From Anthoceros angustus (Eukaryota > Plantae > Anthocerotophyta), in the NCBI GenBank assembly GCA_010909165.1, contig MU008187.1, forward strand, positions 748,247 to 812,246: 64,000 bases of DNA, in the 5' to 3' direction. Of this stretch, positions 45,200 to 55,658 are shown one piece after another. The notes under the pieces were generated by a model. That model saw only the letters and a list, made by a program, of their open reading frames with translations, had not been told where the DNA came from and ran no database searches. A program made the position numbers and the translations under genes. The first letter of the stretch is position 1; every line of letters starts with the position of its first letter.

Positions 45200-48100
45200 T
45201 CCCTACCTAAAGTGACCAAGCTGCACCCACAATGTCATGCGGTAGAATAAGCGACTGCAAACCACGGAGGAAGAGGAAAAGGCATCACCCACCGTCGCCT
45301 TATGGAGAATCGCCGTTGAGAGCCCCGTTGAAGAGCAATAGAAACCAGCGGAAGTATCTTGTAATCTGAGAGAGGCGACCACACTATACTGCGCATGGTA
45401 ACCTTTGGCACAAGACTTGACGAATTTGTTTAAGTCCTTAGCCATTGCCCCATACGTTTCTAGAGCAAGCGGGATAAAGAGGCGGCCCGCTTGCATCCTG
45501 CTATACTTGCGGACCTTGAGAGCCGCTGCACCGGCAGCAGCCCAGCCTGGACGGTTGGTGATGACCTGGGCGGAGGTGGCGTCACGTGCAGGGTCAGTAA
45601 CCACTACATCCGCCACCACAACCTGGTCGCCACGGACAAGGTATAGGTCCGCCCTGACAAGAGCGGAGCCGCGCTCTAGTGGACACAGAGATGGAGGTCA
45701 CAGGGAGCAGTGGCGGGCTTCTCGGCGAGAGATGCGCAATCCCCTAAAGCCATCGATGATAAATGTAGAAAGGAGGAACTCCTTGAGCATCTGATAACAT
45801 GTCTGCACTCTCGAGGCGATTGGAGAGAAGGTTCCCTCCTCCACACTTGATACGAGATCCTCGAGAAAGGGCTTATCATGGAGGATGAAGCAGGAAGCCA
45901 AGGCGGGAGAGGGCCCAACTCCCAAGAAAGCCGGGGAGACCTCCGATGAGGCGATCCTCGCCTCCAAATTGCAGGCGGGGATGCTTGCCGGGCAGGCGGG
46001 GCAGCCCAGGCACTCAAAAGCCCCAGGCCCAAGATGTCCCCAAGAGTATCCATAATCTTCGTATCAAACCCCGGGCCGGGACAAAGGGCGGAGAGGAGGC
46101 GTCTGAGATGAGGTACCAGGCGCCTAGCAAAACAAGAAAGGATTCCAAAGGCCACCAGGCATCCTCCGGCAAGGGAGGTCCCCAATATGGGAGGTCCTGC
46201 AAGGGCCTTGTCGAGCTCCCAATGAAGTCGAGACCAAGGGACCCCAAGAATCCATGAGACCAAGAGCAATCTCCCAGCGGAAGCAGTGGCGGGATCCCCA
46301 GCAGGGACAGCCTTGACTTGGACATCTTGACCTTCAAGCCCCTGCTTGAGGAGAATATCTCAAAGGCCTCCTTGACTTTGTCCCAGGGCAGGATGTGAGA
46401 AACACGAAGGCGTTCTTGTCTTTGGTAGTAGAGGTTGGAGGACCTCCATGAAACCTTGGGACAAAGGGTATAAGACTCCCAGGGCCTTGACATCCCTAAG
46501 CTCCTCAAAGATGGCTCGGAAATGGTATTGAAGGCGTTCTCGACATCCACTGTAAGACTACCCAATCCGGGTGGGTATCAAGGCAAGCTTTCACCTAGCA
46601 CCAGACTCGCCCGGGTGCAATGCCAAATTGAAGGGGTTGAAGTCTTCTTGGAGAAGGGCAACTGAGGCGATAGTCGGTGAGTAGCCGCATGAAGGCCTCC
46701 CAACCGCAGGCGCCGCAGGCGAGCTTGTCCATAGCGACAAGCCTACTAGGCTACAAACATGAAATCCGGTGAGGCATCTCTCCACGAGCCGCATGACCCG
46801 GAGAAAAGAGCTGGAAAGCCGCTAGATGGATCTTGAGGAGAAAGAGGTCCCTAAGGTGTTCGAACACCATTCCCGAAAAAGCCGGCGGATGAAAAGGCGA
46901 GGGTTGTGGAAGGCGAGCAAAAGCCGCCGGTCGAGAGAAGGTTCCCTCCTCCACACTTGATACGAGATCCTCGAGAAAGGGCTTATCATGGAGGATGAAG
47001 CAGGAAGCCAAGGCGGGGAAGAGGGCCCAACTCCCAAGCCGCGGAAGAGACCTCCGATGAGGCGATCCCTCGCCTCCAAATTGCAGGCGGGGATGCTTGC
47101 AGGTGGGCAGAGGCAAGGCACTCAAAAGCCCCAGGCCCAAGATGTCCCCAAGTATCCATAATCTTACGTATCAAACCCCGGGCCGGGACAAAGGCGAGCG
47201 GAGGCACCGTCTGAGATGAGGTACCAGGCGCCTAGCAAACAAGAAAGGATTCCAAAGGCCACCAGGCATCCTCCGGGGAGGTCCCCAATATGGGAGAGGT
47301 CCTCTGCAAGGGCCTTGTCGAGCTCCCAATGAAGTGGGGGGGACCCCAAGAATCCATGAGACCAAGAGCCGGAGCAATCTCCCAGTAGGAAGCAGTGGCG
47401 GGATCCCGACAGGGGCAGGCATGACTTGGACATCTTGACCTTCAAGCCCACCCTGGCTTGGAAGAGAATATCTCAAAGGCCTCCTTGACTTTGTCCCAGG
47501 CAGGGATGTGAGAAACTGAGACGTTCTTGTCTTTGGTAGTAGAGGTTGGAGGACCTCCCATAGAACTTGGGACAAAGGGTATAAGACTCCCAGGGCCTTG
47601 ACATCCCTAAGCTCCTCAAAGATGGCCTTGAAAATGGTATTGAAGGCGTTCTCGACATCCACTGTAAGACTACCCAATCCGGGTGGGTATCAAGGCAAGC
47701 TTTCACCTAGCACCAGGACTACGGCCCGGGTGTGGTGCAAATTGAGGGGTTGAAGTCTTCTTGGAGAAGGGAGGCTGAGGCGATAGTCGGTGAGTAGCCG
47801 CATGAAGGCCTCCCAACCATGACAGGCGCTTGAGGCCGGCGAGCTTGTCCATAGCGACAAGCCTACTAGGCTGAAACGGTGAAATCCGGTGAGGCATCTC
47901 TCCACGAGTGAGACCCGGAGAAAAGAGCTGGAAAGCCGCTAGATGGATCTTGAGGAGAAAGAGGTCCCTAAGGTGTTCGAACACCATTCCCAAAAAACCG
48001 GAGATGAAAAGGCGAGGGTTGTGGAGAGCGAGCAAAAGCCGAGGAGAAGGATCCTCGGGACATAGTCGGATATGTCGGGAATGGCATCCTTAGGTGGCGG

Positions 48101-48960
48101 ATGGAGGCACGGGCGGCAATTGTCTCTTGAGCGGAGGCCGGAGGGGCGGGTCGAAGAGCCCTAGCGGCCGGGCATATTCACCGCTGGCCAAGCAACTGCG
48201 GCGTAGGTTTGTTGCATTACGTACTGTTCAACTGGCATTCGCCGGGACTTGGCGGCCGCCTGACCTCCTCTGAAGAGCCCGATCGCCCGGCCAGCGAGGC
48301 GGCTAGCAACTTCACGGTGCCAGCCCCCTAGTGCAGAAGACACCATCGGAGAAGAAGGAGGAGGCACCAAGCTAACTCATCCGGGATCGAGTGCAAGGCG
48401 ATCTAGGGAAGGCGAAATGCCAGACGGGCATCATCGTGAAGGTGGGAAACTGCGGAAGATCGCGGACATGGAAGCGGTTTGTTTGAACATCCCAAGGATG
48501 TGATCCGGTGACTCGCAACCATTCCGAAGAAAGAGGCACCACAAGGAGAAAGCTCATGCGGGGGCCGGGCGTGGACGTGGAGGAGGTCGCGGCGTGCACT
48601 TGGGCAGCCAGGTAGTCGTGAAATCTTTATGCATGTGCCCGAGGTGAGTTTTCACCCCTTGGCCTTGTGATGAGAGTTGAGCCTGAGGGGACAAGGAGTG
48701 TCCTTGGCGATCACGGAGGTGTGGATCGCCCCATTGGATGGGGGCGAAAAGCTGCAAAGCCGGTTGAAGGGTGGCGGGGCGGGAGGACAGAGGCAAAAGA
48801 ACTGGACGGACATCTGAGTTTGAGCTCAAGGCGAACCCCAAAAGGCCGGCCAAAGGGCCCCGGCTGAAGAGGGGTGCAACCCAGGACCACGCCAACCACC
48901 AAACTAACGCCCACACCTCGGCACCCAAAAGCGGGCGGGATCCCCATGGCGGAAAGAAGC
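45200..48960 (-). mobile_element. Degenerate CRE-like (RLE-type) non-LTR retrotransposon with an internal ~1.1-kb tandem duplication
   Basis: 5' zinc-finger remnant GVKTHLGHMH; RT motif VDVENAFNTI and GLKVKMSKS; C-terminal RLE ADLY...VADVVV...KVRKY...FIPLALETYGA. About 45823-46920 is repeated at 46933-48040. Confidence 0.75.
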
Positions 48961-49039
48961 GCGGATAAGCGGCAGATGAAAATGGACTCACGAACATGTA
49001 ATAGAGCTCACAACAATCACACAATCAACGAACCATCAA

Positions 49040-49292
49040 TCAATCGCAACATCTAGGGCATAACACTCAATCGCAACACCTAGGGCATAACCTAGCAATC
49101 AATGTTTAACGCAATACAGGGCATAACACTCAATCGCAACATCTAGGGCCTAGCATCCGCGCAACACCTAGGGCATAACTCACGCAACATCTAGGGCCTA
49201 GCATAACACCTAGGGCATAACACTCGGCCGCAACATCTAGGGCCTAGCATTCAAAGCACCTGGCATAACACTCGGTAACATCTAGGGCCTAG
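49040..49292. repeat. Degenerate minisatellite (GCAACA[T/C]CTAGGGCATAACACTC-type units)
   Basis: About 9 imperfect CTAGGGC-centred units. Confidence 0.8.
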
Positions 49293-49904
49293 CCTTCCAA
49301 GTAGCCAATATATATAAGATTAACTCGCACATAGCTGCGTGCACTGCACTCAAAGCGCCAATATAATGAGCTTGTAATTGGATAACATCCCTTATCTTCA
49401 CCTCGATTCGAATGTGAAAATATCTTCCCAATCATTGGCTCATTCCATATAGCTTAAAGCATGTCACCCAAGATGTACCATGCCTTGTCAATCTTCACTT
49501 TATCCTCAAAAGGTTCTATGCCTTACGGATCTTCAATTTATCGTAGCGTCGGCACATATTCCAGGGTTTCAACCCCTAGTTCTAAATCAACGACATCATG
49601 GCTCCGGTCTTTAAATAATAAGTTCATATGCTCCCTTGATATATAAAACTTCTATAAAGTAATGAAGAAATTAAGATGCTCGAACCAAGTAGAGAAAACA
49701 CAATATCTAAGGATGCCTACAACATCTTGAGGATAGAGGAGCCCTAGCCAAGATCATTGCCCTCGATGACATAGCATAGAAGCTTTGTGATGGATATATG
49801 ATGTTTGAATATAGTGGGGTTCACATACATCAAGATTGAATATATATATACGCGAGCGAAGAGAGCACCGCCTCAGCAAACCACTCCCAAGATGGGTTCT
49901 ACAC

Positions 49905-50227
49905 AGGAAGGAACATCACTCTCCACAGGAAGGAGCACCACAAGGAAGACCACTCTCCAGAGGAAGACCACTCTCAAGTTTACAGGCCATAACACTCAAC
50001 ATCTCCATCTCAACGATGTTTAAGGAACACCACTCTCCACGGAAGGAGCACCACAAGGAAGACCACTCTCCACAGCAAGGAAGACCACTCTCAAGTTTAC
50101 CAGGCCATAACACTCAACCGCAACATCTCCATCTCCAACCGATGTTTAAGGAACACCACTCTCCACAGGAAGGAGCATCACAAGGAAGACCACTCTCCAC
50201 AGCAAGGAAGACCACTCTCCAGCAAGG
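49905..50227. repeat. Degenerate nested tandem repeat (ACCACTCTCCAC / AAGGAAG units, ~120-140-bp higher order)
   Basis: Repeated GGAAGACCACTCTC and GGCCATAACACTCAAC blocks. Confidence 0.8.
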
Positions 50228-50249
50228 ATGATCATGAAGTCAAATCAAT

Positions 50250-51240
50250 ATCCCGGCTCCGGGGGTTTGATACGAAGATTATGGATACTCTTGGGGACAT
50301 CCTGGGCTCAGGGGCTTTTGAGTGCCTTGGGGGCGTCTAAGCCTGCAAGCATCCACTGCTGCAATTTTGGGCGTGGGGCTCTCGGAGGTCTCTTCCCCAC
50401 GGCTTTCTTGGGAGTTGGGCCCTCTCTGCGCCTGCCTTGGCTTCCCGTTTCATCCTCCATGACAAGCCCTTTCTCGAGGATCTCGTATCAAGTGTGGAGG
50501 AGGGAACCTTCTCTCTCCAATCGTCCTTGAGGCAGGCCAGAGACATGTTATCAGCAGATGCTCGGAAGGACTTCCCTCCTTTCTCTACATTTATCACTGA
50601 TGGCTTTAGGGGATTGCAGGCATCTCTGCTCGAGAAGCAGCTCGGCCAGGCTTTTCAGTCTGTCCCCCAGGACCCCTCCATCTCCAGGTCCACTAGAGCG
50701 TGGCTCCGCTCTTGTTCAGGAAGGAGGCGGGTGCAGCTCTTGGCCCGCCCATGCATGCAGATTTCACATCGCACCAACCACCTTCACTCTGCGATGCGAT
50801 TCCGTCTCGGCCTACTCCGACTGTGGCTTCTTCGCTCCTCACTTGTGAGTGCGGCTCTGCCTTGGCGTCTCGGTGTCCACCTTGCTCGTTGTCCCCACGG
50901 GTCATCGACCACTCATGACGCCATCCGTGGCGTCATGTTTGCCATTGCTCGCGAAAGTGGCTATATGGCATGGAGGGAGCGGGAGTATACTCTTCTTATA
51001 GGTCATTCAATCAGGGCGGACCTATACCTTCTCCGTGGCGACCAGGTTGTGGTGGCGGATGTAGTGTTCTGACCAGCGTGGCCACCTCCGCCTGTGTCAT
51101 CACCAACCGCCCAGCCGGGTCACCGCCTGCACTCTCAAGGTCCATAAGTATAGCGGGATGCAAGCGGGCCACCTCTTTATCCCGCTTGCTCTAGAAACGT
51201 ATGGGGCAATGGCTGAGGACTTTGACAAATTCGTCAAGAG
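50250..51240 (+). mobile_element. 3' fragment of the same CRE-like element, inverted relative to the 45-49 kb copy
   Basis: ILHDKPFLEDLVSSVEEGTFS shared with the other copy; zinc knuckle remnant HLARCPHG...HDAIR; RADLYLLRGDQVVVADVV; LETYGA-encoding sequence near 51190. Confidence 0.75.
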
Positions 51241-51377
51241 AAATAGGTATGACCATGTCCATGCAGGCCATATGGTGAAGCAGTCTATACATTAGGTAGA
51301 TAAATACAATTTTGGTAAAAAAAGAATAGGTGACCATATATGTAGATAACTCTAGTATTGTGGTAAGACTGTTGCTA

Positions 51378-51559
51378 AGTGGGTGCTTTGTCATAGATTG
51401 AGGCTCAATGGGGTGCTTTGTCATAGATTGAGCTGAGTGGGTGCTTTGTCATAGATTGAGGTTCAGCGGGGTGCTTTGTCATAGATTGAGTTGAGTGGGT
51501 GCTTTGTCATAGATTGAGGCTCAATGGGGTGCTTTGTCATAGATTGAGCTGAGTGGGTG
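51378..51559. repeat. 28-30-bp tandem repeat, 6 copies (GGGTGCTTTGTCATAGATTGAG plus alternating short tails)
   Basis: Read directly. Confidence 0.9.
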
Positions 51560-52255
51560 ACTTGATCCATGCGGAGGCTAACTGTCGAGAGGCCAGTTGT
51601 AGCATGGTTTGGGTAAGATTTGGTTGGACTAGTGAAATGACACCTAATCAAGTAACAAGAGACAAGTGGTGAGGTCGCTAATGATTGTATGGAAGTCTTT
51701 GAGCTGTGTTGATTCCCTTCACTGGGTGAGGAATGCAAGTTTGTGATTTATGAAGGATGAGGTTTATGAAGGAGACCTCACTCACCAAATAGCTTTCCAT
51801 TCTGAATATGCGCTCCTTGCTTGCAAGTTCAGAGTTCTCACAAGTTCACACATCTTGGTACCTGGTTGTCTTGTTTTAAAGGCCGGGGGTGTCAGCATGT
51901 ATAAATCCATGTTGTGGGTTTTAGACTGAGCATTTGAAGCATATTATTTTCTCCTTCCTATAATATACGATGGACGGTTGCCGCATGATACCTGCGTTGT
52001 GTAACCCTCGCTTCCCATCGATACCCGATGGCTATTAAGGCCGCATCATCACGGAGGACACATCCCATCCCTCGTGAACCGTGTGCACCATCTGCACCTA
52101 ACCACGCGCCGTTCCTAACCGTGCGATCCCCGTTCCCTGCATGCTCGCCCCGGGAGCCCGCCGATGTCCCTGCCCCGCTGCGGCCGACACGATCGATGCC
52201 CCCTCCTCGCCGCCGTGGCCGATGCAGAGGGCATCCGCCGTCAAAGTATATACAA

Positions 52256-54646
52256 CTAGACATGCATGAATCTCGATGGTAGACAGCTCAGACCATCATC
52301 GGGTATCTCTGAAGGTGAAGAACGCGGCACTTTGCTCACTCTAAAACGCTGCTCCACAATTGATCCACTTACCGGATATGTTCTATCCTTCACCAAGAAA
52401 CTATGCACCAGCCCTTCCATGTCTGCCCACCAGCTCTGACCTGGCTGCTTCCATGCCCCACGTGCTACCCTCCTCGCCTGCATCTCATATGCCTGTTCCC
52501 ACATCTGGGCACCGGCATATATGTTTGACATCAGAACATATGCCGCAGCATCTTTATTATCCAGCTTCACTGCTTCATCAAACGCATGGCGTCCCACCTC
52601 CACGTTGTTCCACTTTTGACAAGCACCCAATAGAGTGCCCCAAAGCGCAGCATCAGGAGGTACCAACATTGTCCTTGCCAAAGCTAGTGCCTCATCCAGT
52701 CGGCCTGCACGCCCCAGGAGATCCAACATGCATGTGTAGTGTTCTGCCGTGGGAGTGATGGAATAGTGTTTGCTCATAGCCTCGAAGTACTCTTGTCCCT
52801 TGTCCAGTAGACCTTTGTGACTGCATACTAGTAGTACACTAAGGAAGGTGGTGGCAACTGGCTTAAAACCATCCTCTTCCAATTTCTGAACCAAGTTGAA
52901 GACCCGATCACTGTCTCCTTGATAGGTGTAACCAGCAATCAGTGCATTCCAGGTGACAATATCTCTCTCAGACAACGCATCAAACACCTGCTGCGCATCA
53001 GCCATGCTCCCCGATCTGGCATACATGTTTATCAAAGTGCTAGCCAGAAACACATCAGCTTGAAGCCCTTGCTCTTTGATCTGTACATGAAGCTGCCTTC
53101 CCAGATGCAGGGCTGCCATATTTGCACATGCCTGCAGAAGACATAGAAATGTCACAGTATTAGGTGCAACAGTGCCTTCTCGTTGCATCGCACTGTAGAG
53201 ATGTAGGGCTTCCTGGCCCATCCCCTGCTGGGAATAACCAGCTATCATGGCATTCCACGTGATAACATCTTTTTGAACAAGCCTGTCAAACACTCTCTGG
53301 GCATCTTCCAAGCTGCCGCATTTTGTATACATGTTTACCAGACTATTGGCAACGAACAGATCAGCTTGATGGCCCCGTTCTCTTATTTGTGCATGAAGAT
53401 GCCTCCCATTCTCCAAAGCCGAGGTGCCCACACTTGTGCATGCCTGCAGAAGAGACACAAATGTCACACTGTCAGGTGCAGCCATGCCTTCCTCTTGCAT
53501 TGCACTGTAAAGACGAAGGGCTTCCTGGCCCATGCCCTGCTGGGCGTACCCGGCTATCATGGCATTCCAAGTCACGACATCTTTCTGACCAAGTCCGTCA
53601 AACACTCGTCGGGCGTCATCCAAGCTGCTACACTTTGCATACATGTCCACCAAGCAATTCCAAATAACCAAATGAGGCTCAAGGATAGTGGCCAACACGT
53701 CAGCATGCACCTGCTGCCCAGTTTTCAAGTCTTCTCCCCTCGCACAAGCCTGCAGGGCTGCCACAAACACATGGCCATCTGGCTTCACACCCGACCTGCG
53801 CATCCTACGATACAGTTCTAAGGCCTGCTTGTGCTGTCCGCGTTCAACGTGCGCAGAGATTATGGCAGACCATGTGAAGGCATCTGGTTTGGCAACCATA
53901 TCGAAGACATCCATAGTTTCCTGCAGCCTGGCATGAGAACCATACATCCGCAGGATGTGATTGCACAAGAACGTGTCCGACTCATACCCCTGCTTCCTGC
54001 TGAGAACGTGAACACGCTGAACCAGAGGCAGATCCTTGTTAGCCACACACTCTTTGAGGACAGCATAAAACAGAGATTTCGAAACATGACATCCTGTGCC
54101 CACCAGAACTCCCAGGGCCTCCACGGCCTTATCGAGCTGCCCCTGCTGACATAATTCGCTCACGGTTTCAGGCGTCACGCCTCCTTCGTATCCTGCAGGC
54201 CTGGGAGGGCAGTTGGATGTTGTGGCACAACGCCCCATGCGCAGATCCAGATCTGCCAGTTGCGCATCTACCCAATGTGGCTTGTAGAAGTTGTTTAACC
54301 AGAGGACCTCCTGGCACTTCCTATGCCGGAAGTCCGGCGAACGGGAGCTCTTCTTCTGTTGCCTGCTATCCCACCAAACTGCGGGGTCGAGAAAGAATTG
54401 CCGCCACAAGCGCTCCTGGCGACAACTCTCGCTGGACGATCCATCTCCAGCCAGACATCCCCTTGGACAGGCTGGCCTCCTTCTGAAAACGATGCATTTC
54501 GCGGCTTTGCTGTTTGCCAAGGTTCGGTCCCTGGAATTAAGAAAAGCGGCAGAGCTGGAACTCCCACAACCTTGCTGGCCCAACAAACACGGGCCCAACA
54601 AAAACGAGTCCTTCCGTGACTGGATTGTGCTGCCCCAGGCAACCAT
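52256..54646 (-). CDS. Intact PLS-class PPR protein with N-terminal PDF-like motif, E1/E2 and truncated DYW:WW-type extension (E+-like)
   Basis: 796-aa ORF: [39 protein letters not shown] triplets, P2-L2-S2, LWGTLLGAC, AYVLMSNIY, KQPGQSWW...VHSF; no HxE or CxxC afterwards. Confidence 0.92.
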   Translation of the reverse strand: MVAWGSTIQSRKDSFLLGPCLLGQQGCGSSSSAAFLNSRDRTLANSKAAKCIVFRRRPACPRGCLAGDGSSSESCRQERLWRQFFLDPAVWWDSRQQKKSSRSPDFRHRKCQEVLWLNNFYKPHWVDAQLADLDLRMGRCATTSNCPPRPAGYEGGVTPETVSELCQQGQLDKAVEALGVLVGTGCHVSKSLFYAVLKECVANKDLPLVQRVHVLSRKQGYESDTFLCNHILRMYGSHARLQETMDVFDMVAKPDAFTWSAIISAHVERGQHKQALELYRRMRRSGVKPDGHVFVAALQACARGEDLKTGQQVHADVLATILEPHLVIWNCLVDMYAKCSSLDDARRVFDGLGQKDVVTWNAMIAGYAQQGMGQEALRLYSAMQEEGMAAPDSVTFVSLLQACTSVGTSALENGRHLHAQIRERGHQADLFVANSLVNMYTKCGSLEDAQRVFDRLVQKDVITWNAMIAGYSQQGMGQEALHLYSAMQREGTVAPNTVTFLCLLQACANMAALHLGRQLHVQIKEQGLQADVFLASTLINMYARSGSMADAQQVFDALSERDIVTWNALIAGYTYQGDSDRVFNLVQKLEEDGFKPVATTFLSVLLVCSHKGLLDKGQEYFEAMSKHYSITPTAEHYTCMLDLLGRAGRLDEALALARTMLVPPDAALWGTLLGACQKWNNVEVGRHAFDEAVKLDNKDAAAYVLMSNIYAGAQMWEQAYEMQARRVARGAWKQPGQSWWADMEGLVHSFLVKDRTYPVSGSIVEQRFRVSKVPRSSPSEIPDDGLSCLPSRFMHV

Positions 54647-55658
54647 GGCTCACAGGCGATGAAGCTGGGGTTCCAAGACACATCTGCCCATCGTTGTACC
54701 GGAAGTAGGATCCTGTAGCCGGTGCAGCTGCGCCTCGGCACACTATCTATCCATAAAACACCTCAACCATGCTTTCGGGCTTTCCACAACTGTTTACAAA
54801 TGTGGCTACAAGAACATCAGCTCTTAATTCTGGGAATGTAGCTGCCCTCTCAGATGCAGAGCTGCCACTTTGCAGGTGCCTGCGGAAGAAACCCTGCAAC
54901 GCCTACTTCTGTAGTGAACAGAAATGTCACATTAGTAGGTAGGTGTTGCAGGGCCTCGTTCTGGCATAGCACTGCAAACAAGAAGGGCTTGCGATCGTGG
55001 CCCACGCTCTCCTGGGAATACCCTGCTAGCTGCATCACGACCTTCCATGTCACCAGCACATCTTTGTAACCAACTCTGCCACAAACTCCGCCAGACACAC
55101 AAGGTGCCACACTGTGAAAACCTTTTCGTGTCTTCGTCCCGGGGATTTACAGTCGCATTCCTCTCAATCTCTGAAGGCTATCAATCTCCGAAGACTCTGT
55201 AGCCTTCATACCAAGTCTTCAGTATGACTTGTAGAATGCTCTGTACACCACAACGGTGTTCCATAATAACGACCCCGATCGTCCTTGGACCTTAACAATC
55301 CGCAGCTGGAAATATTACTCTTCTTTTGAACGAATTACAAGACTTCGATGGCTACATTCAGGGGTCCACGTGCTTGGGGATAGTGCGCCATTTCTTGGTC
55401 CGGAGGTTTAGCTCATGCCCGAGGACTATATCTCAATAATGTGGAGGACACCATAAAAGTGCGTGTCGGGGACATGGCACCTTCGTGTCCATCTATTTGG
55501 CAACCATTTTTTTTTGTTTTGGTGTCTTTCGCCATGGGTTACGCAACAAGAGACCGTCTGCGCTAGCCTTCAGGGTGGTGTGGTCATACACATTACATAC
55601 CACGGCATGTTGCCATAGTTTGTTGTTAGACTCATCTTCCGACAGCGGTCCCTGAACG

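Noticed and set aside
51378-51559. CRISPR-like repeat-spacer appearance (also 44601-44780 and 49040-49292)
   Set aside because: Eukaryotic context, no cas genes, and the intervening bits are only 6-8 nt and recur, so these are minisatellites.
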